Positions 1 through 10,310 of a stretch of 64,000 bases of DNA are shown here, piece after piece; the stretch's first letter is position 1, and the number at the start of each line of letters is the position of its first letter. The position numbers and the translations under genes were made by a program. The stretch is from the IMG/VR virus record IMGVR_UViG_3300028832_000142; one strand, given 5' to 3'. Source of the DNA: an uncultured virus (IMG/VR IMGVR_UViG_3300028832_000142). Its lineage: Duplodnaviria; Heunggongvirae; Uroviricota; Caudoviricetes. The notes under the pieces were generated by a model that was given only the letters and a program-made list of their open reading frames with translations, ran no database searches and was not told the DNA's origin.

Positions 1-157
1 ATGAAGGGAGGGGGTGGTTTCAGGAGACCCCTCCCCCCTGTCTGAAAACAAACAAGTCAACGCCACTTTCGTTTTGTTTTAAATCTAATTAAACAAACTT
101 AAAACAAAACTTTTAAAGGAGAACAACATATGAATAAATCATGCATTGTCAAATCAA

Positions 158-451
158 TTAAGCTGATGCTAAGTTCTTGGGCTTTTCAACAGCTATACGA
201 TTACCAGTAAGGTTAAACATTAAAGCTTCTTCAATGGCATCATTAATTGAGAGACGGGTCTCCCGGTCACAAACATCTTCTGACAATTCACAAACTCTTG
301 CTAAATAAGAACAAGTATTGTAACCATTTGCAATGTCAAAAGCATACCATTCAAAGAATTGAGTAAACGGATTGTAAGGATTGTCAGAAGTCGAAAGCAT
401 TAACTCTTTAACTTCTGATTCATCATATGTATCAACATTTGATGTAGACAT
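158..451 (-). CDS. Conserved phage hypothetical protein downstream of the RNAP-like gene
   Basis: 97-aa ORF with AAAGGAG RBS; LSTSDNPYNPFTQF motif. Confidence 0.7.
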   Translation of the reverse strand: MSTSNVDTYDESEVKELMLSTSDNPYNPFTQFFEWYAFDIANGYNTCSYLARVCELSEDVCDRETRLSINDAIEEALMFNLTGNRIAVEKPKNLASA

Positions 452-470
452 AAGCTTTCAACTCCTTTCT

Positions 471-3260
471 TTAAGACATACCTCTTAATAGTTTACTAAG
501 AGTGCTGGGTGAGATATTAAAGCTAGCTGCAACATCTGCTTGTGTATAACCAGAATTAATCATTGCACGAGCGTGAGCCAGATTAGCAGCACTCAGTGTA
601 GAATAGTTAGTATTCTTAGGCATTGCATACTTCTTAACCTGATCTGAGTTAGCTCGATTAATGATCTCTTTAACTTCTGATTTGTGTAAAGCACCAGCTT
701 GTATTGCTTCCCATTCACGTTCGCTAATGTCAAAAGGCGCCTGCTTAGAAACAATCTTTCTCTGTTGATTGGTGACCTGATTCTTTAACTTTGAAATGTG
801 TTTCTTTCCATCAGGTGTCTTTTTGTTGTAACGCTCAGGGTACTTAGCTATACGTTCATCTATGATAACTTTAGCCGAACGTTGTGCTAAACGTTCTAAA
901 GCTGCATTTACCTTAGACTTTTCTAAGTTTTCACGAAGATGGGCTACCTCATCCTTATATGTCTCTGCTGCCTGTGCACTATACGGAGTTTCTTTTTTAA
1001 CAAGACTCTCCTTACGAGCAGCATTACCCATAGCCTTCATCTGATTTGCATAATTGGCATAGATGGTCTCTATGGGGTACTTATAGGGGGAGACTAGTGT
1101 ACGTGCATCACTTGTCTCAGCCATCTTTGTAGACTTTTGCATAACATCCTTTGCATTAGGATCATAACCTTCCTGATAAGGAAGTAGATTCTTATAGTAC
1201 TTGGTGCCATCCTCTCTCGTAAAGTATACCTTCTTCTTACCGGTATACTTGGGGATCTTAGCTCCAGTCTTAGGGTCTATATTATAGTATGAGTCATCTC
1301 TTTCTGGTACATCATACTCACCAGATGCTTTGGATACTATAGTAACAGCACCACCACGTTTCTTGCCTTGGTATTTCTCATGAAGCTCAGCTATCCTATA
1401 CTCTTCTTCTGCACCTCTCCAGTTAAGCTTATGTTTCTCAGCATCTATAATTAACTGTGCCATCTTAATAGCACGAACCATCTCATGCTCAGGTGCATTC
1501 ATCAGTGACATGTCAGTGATAAGATTAGTAACTATACCCATCTTAGTCTGAGCTAACTGATGAGAAATAGGTTTCATACCAGGATAGCCAGGCCATAACT
1601 CTTTAGGTTCATAACCTTCAAGACCTTTAAACTCAGGAGCGTTCTTAATGTAACCTTTCTTATTCGGTATACATACAACGGTATCACCATCAAAGTCTGC
1701 ACCTGATAAACGATGCGCATCTTTAGGATTCAATCCTATAGCATCTATTGCCTGATTAGTCATAACTCTTTTACCTTCAGCATTACTATTATTAACAGTA
1801 ACCATAGGTATTTCAGAGATAGACTGATGAGGAAACCTTATAAGTGCTAACTTCTCACCATCTTTATACATAGGACAATAACATTCACCAGGTTTTAATG
1901 ACGGAATAGGAATAAGAACTTTAACAGACTGACCAGGTAAAGCAGCTGCTTTAAGATGTACAGCAGCCTTATCACACTCATCTGCAAATTCTATAAGCAT
2001 CTTTTCTCTGACAACTGGATTGGTAATCTGTTTAATTGTATCAAATTCAGCTGCGCGTTTTGTATAATCAAGATTCAATTGTTTTTGAGCAAGTTCAGGA
2101 GACTGTTTACTTAACACCTGAGAGGCTAAAGATCTAGCCGATGTCCAATCTCCCCATTTTCCTTCCTCATTAACCTTATTTATACATCCACGCTGTGCTG
2201 TTATCTGAGCACCAAAAGGGTCTTCCAAATCTACGGATCCATCTTCTGCTCTTTTCATAGGTTTAAGAACCTGCTTAGCATCAGGATCATCTGATTTAAG
2301 AGGTACACCTTCTTTTTTATTAGAATGTATACGAATGTTTATACCATCAGGAAGATTATCTGAATACACAGCCATTCCTTTTATGTAATGGGTATCATCT
2401 ACTGCAATACGAACCTGAGAATAATTGTCATTACCTAAAGAAAGATCAGGAACTCCTCTACGAAGTTCTATAAGACCATCTCTTTCAGCTCCACCTTTAC
2501 CTTCTTTATCTGTATAAACAACTTCTATTTGTTTTGATGATACAGACTTAGGAATGTCAAAACCTAATATAGTTTTACCAGTATCATAATTATACTTAAC
2601 TTCAAAAGGTAAAGTAATATCGTCAGCATGTTCCATTACATATTTATAAGCAGCTTTCTTAAGTTTCTCTTCTGAATACCCTTTCCATTCAGGTCTAATC
2701 TTTATTAATGCAGTAGTCTGAGTATTTTTACCAGTTGTCTGCTGCTCTTGACCCCACTGAACATTATAGTACCCATCACGATCCTTAAGTAACTGAATAG
2801 CTGCTTCGAATTTTGTCTTATTAACACCCATTGCAGTGGCACAACCTTTACCAATATCGACACCGGCATGCTTATCAGCATACTGTGCTATTTTATTAGC
2901 AAGGTCTTCTGTTTCACGTGCTCTTTCTTCTGCCATAGGTTTAAGCCATGAGTTTACAGTTGATTCTGAAACACCCATTTTTGCAGCTATAGCCTTAACT
3001 GACATTTGCTTAGAATATCTAAGCTCTTTAGCATGACCTATATCTTGCGCTTTCTTAACATCTTTTCCTATGGAATATCTATAACGTGCTTCTTTTAATG
3101 TCATTCCAAAAGATTTAGCATATTCAGCCTGATCTTTAGACGGAATTTTACTCCAACCCTGAAACCAAGCTTCATGTTGATACGGATATTCACCAGAGCC
3201 CCATTCATATCTTCCTGATTTTCTTTTGACTCCGGCATGCAAAATATAACTGTGTTCCAT
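471..3260 (-). CDS. Putative single-subunit two-barrel (YonO-like) DNA-dependent RNA polymerase with terminal HTH domains
   Basis: RLSGADFDGDTV (nt 1683-1703) matches the DxDGD Mg-binding loop; upstream LIRFPH resembles the conserved R-x-P motif; HTHs SVKAIAAKMGVSESTVNSWL and YTQADVAASFNISPSTLSKLL. Confidence 0.75.
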   Translation of the reverse strand: MEHSYILHAGVKRKSGRYEWGSGEYPYQHEAWFQGWSKIPSKDQAEYAKSFGMTLKEARYRYSIGKDVKKAQDIGHAKELRYSKQMSVKAIAAKMGVSESTVNSWLKPMAEERARETEDLANKIAQYADKHAGVDIGKGCATAMGVNKTKFEAAIQLLKDRDGYYNVQWGQEQQTTGKNTQTTALIKIRPEWKGYSEEKLKKAAYKYVMEHADDITLPFEVKYNYDTGKTILGFDIPKSVSSKQIEVVYTDKEGKGGAERDGLIELRRGVPDLSLGNDNYSQVRIAVDDTHYIKGMAVYSDNLPDGINIRIHSNKKEGVPLKSDDPDAKQVLKPMKRAEDGSVDLEDPFGAQITAQRGCINKVNEEGKWGDWTSARSLASQVLSKQSPELAQKQLNLDYTKRAAEFDTIKQITNPVVREKMLIEFADECDKAAVHLKAAALPGQSVKVLIPIPSLKPGECYCPMYKDGEKLALIRFPHQSISEIPMVTVNNSNAEGKRVMTNQAIDAIGLNPKDAHRLSGADFDGDTVVCIPNKKGYIKNAPEFKGLEGYEPKELWPGYPGMKPISHQLAQTKMGIVTNLITDMSLMNAPEHEMVRAIKMAQLIIDAEKHKLNWRGAEEEYRIAELHEKYQGKKRGGAVTIVSKASGEYDVPERDDSYYNIDPKTGAKIPKYTGKKKVYFTREDGTKYYKNLLPYQEGYDPNAKDVMQKSTKMAETSDARTLVSPYKYPIETIYANYANQMKAMGNAARKESLVKKETPYSAQAAETYKDEVAHLRENLEKSKVNAALERLAQRSAKVIIDERIAKYPERYNKKTPDGKKHISKLKNQVTNQQRKIVSKQAPFDISEREWEAIQAGALHKSEVKEIINRANSDQVKKYAMPKNTNYSTLSAANLAHARAMINSGYTQADVAASFNISPSTLSKLLRGMS

Positions 3261-3261
3261 T

Positions 3262-3822
3262 TTAGTTCTCCTTTTTGATTTGCTCTATAAGTTTATCAAA
3301 GGTCACAATTTTATCCATAATTGGAGCTATGTCTACGACAGTCGGATTGCCAATTATTATATCATCATTTTGATATAATCTAAGCTCCATCTCAACCTCG
3401 TTTACAGGTAAATCATATTCAAGGAAAAATAATGCTGCATATATTTCTAATTGATGAAGTGATGCTGGATTTACTCCAGTCTTAAGATCATGTATCCTAA
3501 GAAAATATTCATCTTCATCAAAACTTATAGCATCTGCTGTACCAAAACAATTTTCTGAATAGTACAACTTCTGCTCAGGTCTTAGATTATAATATATTGC
3601 ATCATTAACATACATGTCAAACGTTTTTCCTTCTTCTGGAAGTCTGACACGCTGTTTAATTAACATTGCAGCCAACTCATGCATCTCTGTTCCTTTTTGT
3701 GTAGCCAAAAAATTATAATATTTGTCTACTAGCTTGTCTTCATCATAGTTTAACCAACTATACTGACTTGCTCCTAGAAACGCGTGTTGGCCTTCGAGAC
3801 GTGAATGCATGTTCCATCTCAT
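3262..3822 (-). CDS. PD-(D/E)XK nuclease (DUF2800/Cas4-like exonuclease)
   Basis: HAFLGAS, GTEMHE, GTADAI and IHDLKTG motifs; start MRWNMH chosen from GAGGAGG RBS. Confidence 0.75.
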   Translation of the reverse strand: MRWNMHSRLEGQHAFLGASQYSWLNYDEDKLVDKYYNFLATQKGTEMHELAAMLIKQRVRLPEEGKTFDMYVNDAIYYNLRPEQKLYYSENCFGTADAISFDEDEYFLRIHDLKTGVNPASLHQLEIYAALFFLEYDLPVNEVEMELRLYQNDDIIIGNPTVVDIAPIMDKIVTFDKLIEQIKKEN

Positions 3823-4087
3823 CAAGAACATCCTCCTCATTTTCTGGGCTGATGAATCTTGCAAAGCTCATCTCATCCATCTTAGAAATATAATAATCCT
3901 GATTTGGTTGATGCCGAGCATTTTTTTCTTTCTTGCACTCAAGAGCAGCCCACTTATCTTTGTAAAAAACTGTAAGGTCTGGAATACCTTGTTTATAGCG
4001 ACTATCGTTTTTTAAAACTATAGCGCCATCAAAGCGTTCTTTGATCCTTTTTATTAAACCAGCTTGATAAGCATTTTCGTTTGCCAT
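3758..4087 (-). CDS. VRR-NUC-like nuclease / resolvase
   Basis: ENAYQ..LIK, GIPDL, LECK and QPNQ pattern. Confidence 0.75.
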   Translation of the reverse strand: MANENAYQAGLIKRIKERFDGAIVLKNDSRYKQGIPDLTVFYKDKWAALECKKEKNARHQPNQDYYISKMDEMSFARFISPENEEDVLDEMEHAFTSRRPTRVSRSKSV

Positions 4088-4214
4088 TGCTGCTCCTTTC
4101 AAAAAATATAATCCATTGCGTATAGGCTTTCAAAATTCTAATCACAATGTTTATGTGTTAAAATCCTTACTAACCTATTCTTAGGACTACAGAGAGACAC
4201 CATCGTCCCTCTTC

Positions 4215-4236
4215 CTCACCATAAGCGATGAAAAAA
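4215..4236 (-). promoter_or_regulatory. Phage promoter-like element (variant) upstream of the nuclease-RNAP operon
   Basis: Minus strand TTTTCA-TCGCT-TATGGT-GA matches the TTTWCA-N5-TATAAT family. Confidence 0.55.
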
Positions 4237-5457
4237 CTACATACTGTATTTTTCGGAAAATTCGTCATCGTCAAGCTCCTCAACAAAACGATGCTCGTTA
4301 AAATCCTTCTTTTGAGTAAGACATTTTCTTATCGCCTTGTCTATATATGCATCTGACATAAGGTGAAAGTAATATAAATTTTTGAAAGGAGAGTTCATTC
4401 TTTCAGTACGACCAGCAGCTTGTGTCATCATTTTGTAAGAATGGTTCTGACTATAAAATATAATTGTATCCGTTAAAGTACAGTTCCATCCTTCTGATCC
4501 TGATGCATAGTGTACTAAATATACCCAAGTATCTGTATTAGGTATAACTTTATGTTTATGACCATTCCATTCGGCATAAATATACCCATTGTCTTCGCAC
4601 ATCTGTCGTAGTAGTTCTAATTCATAATCAAAGTTGTAGAATATAATGCATCTGAAATGTTCATCTATAATTTTAGCAGTCTCCTTTATTCTGCTAGGAT
4701 CACTATTCACAACTCTTCGTAAAGCTTGACTTAATCCAGATGCATCTGCTATCGGTTCCTCTTTCCATGGATTCCATCTATTTTTTAAAATATCCATGTA
4801 CAATTCTTTATCATAGGATGTCTTAACATCTATATGATGTTTACTTATACCATTTTCAAAACTCATCAAAACTAATATTTCATTTATACATTTTTCCAAA
4901 TGCGTAGTATTAACAAAATGGTCTATTACAGGAAATTGCATAAATGGTCTATAAACAACATGTTTCTTAATAAACTCAGTACGATTTTTAAAATATCCAT
5001 TAGCTATTAATACTGGTACATAATCCATATAAGAATCCCCTGGTGTTGCACTTAACAATATCCAATCATTCTTTTTGGCTATTGTTATAAAAGTTTTAGA
5101 CCATTTACCAGAACCCACAACTCTCTGCTCGTCAAATATAAAGAAACAATCTCTAACATCTTTATATTTCTCAATGTTATTCCAAGAATCAACAATTACA
5201 TTCATATGATCGTTTGGAATATCAAACCAGCTACATTCTGCTTCCCATTCGTTAGTGTCTCTTTTTCTAGCAGTTGTTATAATATATAAATCACACCAAG
5301 TTGTAGGGCAATCTAATGGATTGACTTTGCCATCGAGAACCTTTGTATAAAAATATAATAGAGAAGTTCTAGACTTGCCAGTACCGACTCCACCAACTAA
5401 GATGGAGCCAGTACGTAATTTCTCAACGGCAAGAATTTGATGTTCTGATAATATCAA
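4237..5457 (-). CDS. SF2 (SNF2/DEAD-like) DNA helicase
   Basis: Walker A GGVGTGKS, FDEQ, LLSATPG, GSEGWN and QAAGRTER motifs. Confidence 0.88.
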   Translation of the reverse strand: MILSEHQILAVEKLRTGSILVGGVGTGKSRTSLLYFYTKVLDGKVNPLDCPTTWCDLYIITTARKRDTNEWEAECSWFDIPNDHMNVIVDSWNNIEKYKDVRDCFFIFDEQRVVGSGKWSKTFITIAKKNDWILLSATPGDSYMDYVPVLIANGYFKNRTEFIKKHVVYRPFMQFPVIDHFVNTTHLEKCINEILVLMSFENGISKHHIDVKTSYDKELYMDILKNRWNPWKEEPIADASGLSQALRRVVNSDPSRIKETAKIIDEHFRCIIFYNFDYELELLRQMCEDNGYIYAEWNGHKHKVIPNTDTWVYLVHYASGSEGWNCTLTDTIIFYSQNHSYKMMTQAAGRTERMNSPFKNLYYFHLMSDAYIDKAIRKCLTQKKDFNEHRFVEELDDDEFSEKYSM

Positions 5458-5972
5458 TCTTCGTCTTCTTCGTCATCGACAATATTCTGAGCAGAATCCG
5501 GAACGTCATAATATCTGTCCTCAAATTCATCTTCGACTATTGTTACATAAAGAGTCTTAAGATATGCTGTTACGCCAGAACGTCCCTGAATATTATTATA
5601 CTCACGAGGATTGATAGCAATATCAAACTTCTCTATTTCAGCCCAATCCAAAGTGTTAATACTTTCTTCATCAAGCTGTGTCTTACCTTTCTTTGTCACA
5701 AGAACAATTTTAGGTGGACGAAGTCTCTCTCCAGATCTGCTATAATACTTAAGTTTTACCTGAACATAAGGAACTGGATCTTCTTCTTCATCTCTAGGCT
5801 TAAGATATCTTATATTAAATCCATCAGCCTTCATTTCGTCAGCAACTTCAGGATTGAGAAGAAGACAAAAGTTTCTATCTCCTTCTGCATTATACTTTCC
5901 AGCTTTACCTGCAAAGTTGCGGAACCTCATGTTCCTACCATCAACATCCATAAATTTAATAAGCTCAGCCAT
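5454..5972 (-). CDS. Putative single-stranded DNA-binding protein
   Basis: FRNFAG..YN.EGDRNF, AYLKTLYV, acidic C-terminal tail; lies between polymerase and helicase. Confidence 0.7.
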   Translation of the reverse strand: MAELIKFMDVDGRNMRFRNFAGKAGKYNAEGDRNFCLLLNPEVADEMKADGFNIRYLKPRDEEEDPVPYVQVKLKYYSRSGERLRPPKIVLVTKKGKTQLDEESINTLDWAEIEKFDIAINPREYNNIQGRSGVTAYLKTLYVTIVEDEFEDRYYDVPDSAQNIVDDEEDED

Positions 5973-5994
5973 TTCTTTTTCCTCCTTCTGTTTT

Positions 5995-8900
5995 TTAGGC
6001 TACCAGCTGTTCTGTATTCCAAGGTGGATCATCATCTGCACCGACATACGAATTCATAAAATCGTCTCCAGGTGATGTGTCCATAGGAATCAAATAATTA
6101 CATGGAGCAGGATCGACGAGCCACTCGAACGATCCATACTCCTGACATGCTGCGACAGCATTGTCTGCTAACTTAACAAAATAACTCATATCTATATCAT
6201 CCATCATGTCATTATTCTTAACAACATCAGCTTCAAGCCATTTATATCCTTTAGCCCCAGTTGCCGAATAATACTTTCCGTCTTTTTCTCTACAAAGATC
6301 TGCTCCACCACAACCTTTCTTGATAGGACAGAACGATCCAACTTTACCGACAAAGACATAATTATGTTCATCTTTGTCTAAACCTTCGTTATAATCTAAA
6401 TATAATGATGAGCTTACTGACTTTGTCTGACACAAATCACTAAACTCCAAATCTTCATGACTAAACAATGTCTTAAAGACATAAGGTTCTGCAAACTGAG
6501 CTCCAGTTGCAGTCCACTCTCCAACTGTACCATCTTTATTCAAATATCTAGCAATATAGACGGCATCATTAACTAAACACATTTTGTCATAAGTTGCTTC
6601 ATGTTCAAATGTATATCCATATCTCTTACCAAACTCCATGACAAAATCAACAATATCCTGATCCATATTAGGAATCTTAATAGAATCTGTCTTAATATGA
6701 GCAACTGTATATCCTTTTGCTCTAACAGCTTCAGCAAGATCCACCATAAATAATGCACCACGCTTAGCAACTATATTATCCTTATTACGTACATCACGGA
6801 AAGGATTCTCAAACTTAGCAGCTGTCAAACCATATACTGAATTGATAGCTGTCTTCAACGCATTACTCAACTGTTTAGAAGTTATCTCTCCATTAATAGC
6901 TTTTTCAACATATTTGTCGAGCTTACCGTCAAACGCGTCGTGAATCAACTGCCAATCTTCATGTTTAATGTCAACACGACCATCAACTAAATCTGCAAGT
7001 CTTTCTGTATACGGACCAAATATATATTCGGTCAACATGCTATGAGGATGCATAGATGCTACATCCAGTAACGCAATCATTCCATACATACCTGGAATGG
7101 CTTCTACGAATCCGCCTTCACCTACTTCGATTCCTTTATAAATAGACTTACCATGATCAAAAGAATATCCAGGAAAATATGGCAATAACGAATCTGTGTT
7201 CTCGCTCCACCATTTCATCATCTCTGGAAATCTATCCCAAAGAAACTTCTTCATATCTTCAGGAAGCCATTTGACCGGTTTGCTTAAATCTCTATATTGA
7301 AAGACTGTTTGTGGATGTTTATTACCACCAAATATAATTTTTGTTGTATGCTGATTTGTTGTGTCATTTACAGACAATCCGGAAAGATCACTAAGAATTT
7401 GTCTAGCAATCCAATCTGACTGAAGATGATTAAATACTATCTCAGTACTTTCAACATCATTACAACAATATCTAGCTACCTGATCCCATAATTCTTCAGG
7501 AACCGGTTGATCCCAAGGCAATTCATTCTCTACGTGACTTATACCAAGTTCGATCTCCCATTTCTTAAGACCTTTCTTATTTCCTGACGAACTAAAATCA
7601 TACACATCTGTGTAACTCAAATTATATGCATTACTGAACATACAGTTAGCACTATCATTTATTATCTTCTGACTAAGATCATACAACTCATGAATAGAAT
7701 ATCCCTGCATTCTTGCATAGCAAACATGATTATCATATCGACGATTATTAAAACCTATCATACGATAATTCTCAAAAATATCCTGCAATAACTTTCCTTC
7801 CGGATTGATCAATATCTTACAATCATACCCAATCGGCTTATACACAAATATAAATAGATTAGGAAAGACTTCTATATCAAAGAAAGCTATTTCAGAATCA
7901 GGATCATATTGTCCACGTTTTACTTCTTCACCATTTGAAGTATCGACGTCACTCATAAAATGCATTTCATTTACAAGTTTAACACAATACTCTGCATGAT
8001 TACTACTATTGTTAGCAAATGCCAAAATCTTCGGACGTAGATCCGTGACATCATACTGAATATCATTCTTATAAGCATCTTCAAGAACTTTATAAATATA
8101 ATCTATAGATGGCTTAGTTCCAGGATGATACTCTTTTCTAAGATTCTTTTCAATAATTGTCCTGATGGCTTTCTCATTCTTCAAGACAAATTCCTCTACC
8201 ATATTTGCTCCTTTCTCCTTCTTTGGTAGCCCTGAATTAATAGTTGCTATAGGTAAATTGACACATTGGGTTAACTTCCTTCTCAATGAAGCATTACCTG
8301 TAAAAACTTTTACTTCAATATCATCATCAAACTTATTATTTAACTCACTAACATCACCATCATAAATATAATGTAGATGTATACCTTCACCAGACTTACT
8401 CAACTCAGCATATGTAGGTGGCCATGATGCTGCTGCCTTGGCGTTCAATTCGAAAGACTTCTTTCCCGTTTCTGGATCTTTAATATCAAAATCTATCACT
8501 ATATGATTCTCAGGCATAAGAACATAATGTAATCTTGTAGGATCTATATTAACTAATCTTGTTCTACAATTCTCCCATTTACAAGAAGGAACACCTGAAT
8601 CATTCGCATATTGTGCTAATAAATCGTTATTATCGTTATCAAAATATGTTTTCTCAACTGACCCAAACTTTAACCATGTTTTTATTGGTTCTTCATCAAT
8701 ATTATTTATTATTCCGATCTTATTAAACTTAAAACCTGAATAATAATTTCTAACATGATGACCTTCGTCATCCCTAGCTTCCGGTAAATATCTTGAAAAA
8801 TAATCTTTAAACTCTATCTTAAATTTAAGTCTATCAAGTCTATACTTCATATCACTAAGATCACAATATCTCGTATATGTATTCCAAGCATTACTCAAAG

Positions 8901-10023
8901 TTGTACCATCATTCTTGTCAAGAAAATCAACCCAACATTCCTCTACAAAATTGTACAGACGGTTAGTTGCTCTGATCATCTTAATAGGATAATACTTATC
9001 ATAATATCTTGGATTCTCTTTATAAACCTGAAGACATTTCCATGCAATAGCGCCATGCTCAAATTTGATACTATCTATTAATCTAAAATAATCTGAAGCA
9101 CTAAACACTTGTCCAGTAGGTTCGATATCTATTATTCTTCTTAATAGACCAGATCTTGCATCTGTAATATATACTTCTCTATTACTGCCTGCAAATATAA
9201 TAGTATTAAATTTAGCTTTATAAATCTTCTTATGCTTTTCATTAATAAGCATAGGTTCATGTGATACTATACTATTAAGTCTAACGTTTGTATCTATATG
9301 ACTTAAATCTGTATCATCTTGAATCGCTACTAATGGATTCTCACTCAAAGGCTCTAATGCAAAGGATGCGGACGCATTTCCTAATGCTTCTACATCTATC
9401 GTACTACAATATCCAGGAAACATGTCTCTTATTATTTGCATAATCGTAGACTTACCAGTACCAGCATCACCTACAAATATAAAAAACTTCTGAAGATTCT
9501 TAGATCCACCACTTACTATAGCACCTATTGCATATTCAATCTTTCTTTTCTCTTCTGGAGAATATAGTCTATCTGTCAATTCGTCCCAAGCCGAAGTATC
9601 TCCGGGTTCTAAAGGATAATCTAATCTGATAGAAGAATAACTATCACGATTTGTAGTACTATTTGAGAAAACTACGCTACTATTCAACCACTTAAAATTA
9701 TCACTGGTCTGTTCTTTACACCAATGATTAAAGTCATCTATAGCCTTTGTAGAAGAATATCTCAAATATTTGGTATAAATATCAATGCCAGAGTTCCCGA
9801 ACTTATCAGATTTTAACTCTTCTTCCTTCTTTTTTAACTCTTTATCAATTAATTCCACAACTCTATACCTATCTTGGGACCAAATATTGTTTTCTTCGTC
9901 CCAAATAGCATAAAAAGCTTGTCCTTTGATCATAATATCCTTAAAACCGCCTATTGCATACTCAGGATATACCATAATCTTCTTTGAGGACATATATTTT
10001 ATGGCTACATTGAAAAAATCCAT
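5995..10023 (-). CDS. Fused SF3 (D5-like) helicase / AEP primase / family-B-like DNA polymerase with exonuclease
   Basis: GDAGTGKS Walker A; VIDFD and SKSGEGIHLHY primase motifs; FFDIEVF exonuclease; LDVASMHP, KTAINSVYG and KTDS polymerase motifs. Confidence 0.85.
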   Translation of the reverse strand: MDFFNVAIKYMSSKKIMVYPEYAIGGFKDIMIKGQAFYAIWDEENNIWSQDRYRVVELIDKELKKKEEELKSDKFGNSGIDIYTKYLRYSSTKAIDDFNHWCKEQTSDNFKWLNSSVVFSNSTTNRDSYSSIRLDYPLEPGDTSAWDELTDRLYSPEEKRKIEYAIGAIVSGGSKNLQKFFIFVGDAGTGKSTIMQIIRDMFPGYCSTIDVEALGNASASFALEPLSENPLVAIQDDTDLSHIDTNVRLNSIVSHEPMLINEKHKKIYKAKFNTIIFAGSNREVYITDARSGLLRRIIDIEPTGQVFSASDYFRLIDSIKFEHGAIAWKCLQVYKENPRYYDKYYPIKMIRATNRLYNFVEECWVDFLDKNDGTTLSNAWNTYTRYCDLSDMKYRLDRLKFKIEFKDYFSRYLPEARDDEGHHVRNYYSGFKFNKIGIINNIDEEPIKTWLKFGSVEKTYFDNDNNDLLAQYANDSGVPSCKWENCRTRLVNIDPTRLHYVLMPENHIVIDFDIKDPETGKKSFELNAKAAASWPPTYAELSKSGEGIHLHYIYDGDVSELNNKFDDDIEVKVFTGNASLRRKLTQCVNLPIATINSGLPKKEKGANMVEEFVLKNEKAIRTIIEKNLRKEYHPGTKPSIDYIYKVLEDAYKNDIQYDVTDLRPKILAFANNSSNHAEYCVKLVNEMHFMSDVDTSNGEEVKRGQYDPDSEIAFFDIEVFPNLFIFVYKPIGYDCKILINPEGKLLQDIFENYRMIGFNNRRYDNHVCYARMQGYSIHELYDLSQKIINDSANCMFSNAYNLSYTDVYDFSSSGNKKGLKKWEIELGISHVENELPWDQPVPEELWDQVARYCCNDVESTEIVFNHLQSDWIARQILSDLSGLSVNDTTNQHTTKIIFGGNKHPQTVFQYRDLSKPVKWLPEDMKKFLWDRFPEMMKWWSENTDSLLPYFPGYSFDHGKSIYKGIEVGEGGFVEAIPGMYGMIALLDVASMHPHSMLTEYIFGPYTERLADLVDGRVDIKHEDWQLIHDAFDGKLDKYVEKAINGEITSKQLSNALKTAINSVYGLTAAKFENPFRDVRNKDNIVAKRGALFMVDLAEAVRAKGYTVAHIKTDSIKIPNMDQDIVDFVMEFGKRYGYTFEHEATYDKMCLVNDAVYIARYLNKDGTVGEWTATGAQFAEPYVFKTLFSHEDLEFSDLCQTKSVSSSLYLDYNEGLDKDEHNYVFVGKVGSFCPIKKGCGGADLCREKDGKYYSATGAKGYKWLEADVVKNNDMMDDIDMSYFVKLADNAVAACQEYGSFEWLVDPAPCNYLIPMDTSPGDDFMNSYVGADDDPPWNTEQLVA

Positions 10024-10039
10024 AAAATCTCCTTTCTTT

Positions 10040-10310
10040 TCAAGATTTGTCCACATTTTTGGAAAATAATTTTTCTATATTTTTTTTTTTTCAAGTAAAT
10101 TTAAAAAAAAAGTGGGATTTTTGTGACAAAATAAGAAAATTGACAAATTTCGTCCGTACGCACCATAAAAATTGTCCACATTTTTCCACAAAATCCACAT
10201 TTTTATTTCAAAATTTATAAATTTTGCATCCAAATCGCAGCTTGACTCCATAAATCTGTGGAAGTTGTGGACACGTCTCCGAACAGACTTAACTCCCCAT
10301 ACATCCACAT
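10040..10310. other. Candidate replication origin: TCCACA iterons plus AT-rich tract
   Basis: TTGTCCACA (10047, 10172), TTTTCCACA (10182), AAATCCACA (10191), inverted copies near 10257-10274, poly-T/poly-A tract 10070-10111, directly upstream of the replicase. Confidence 0.4.
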
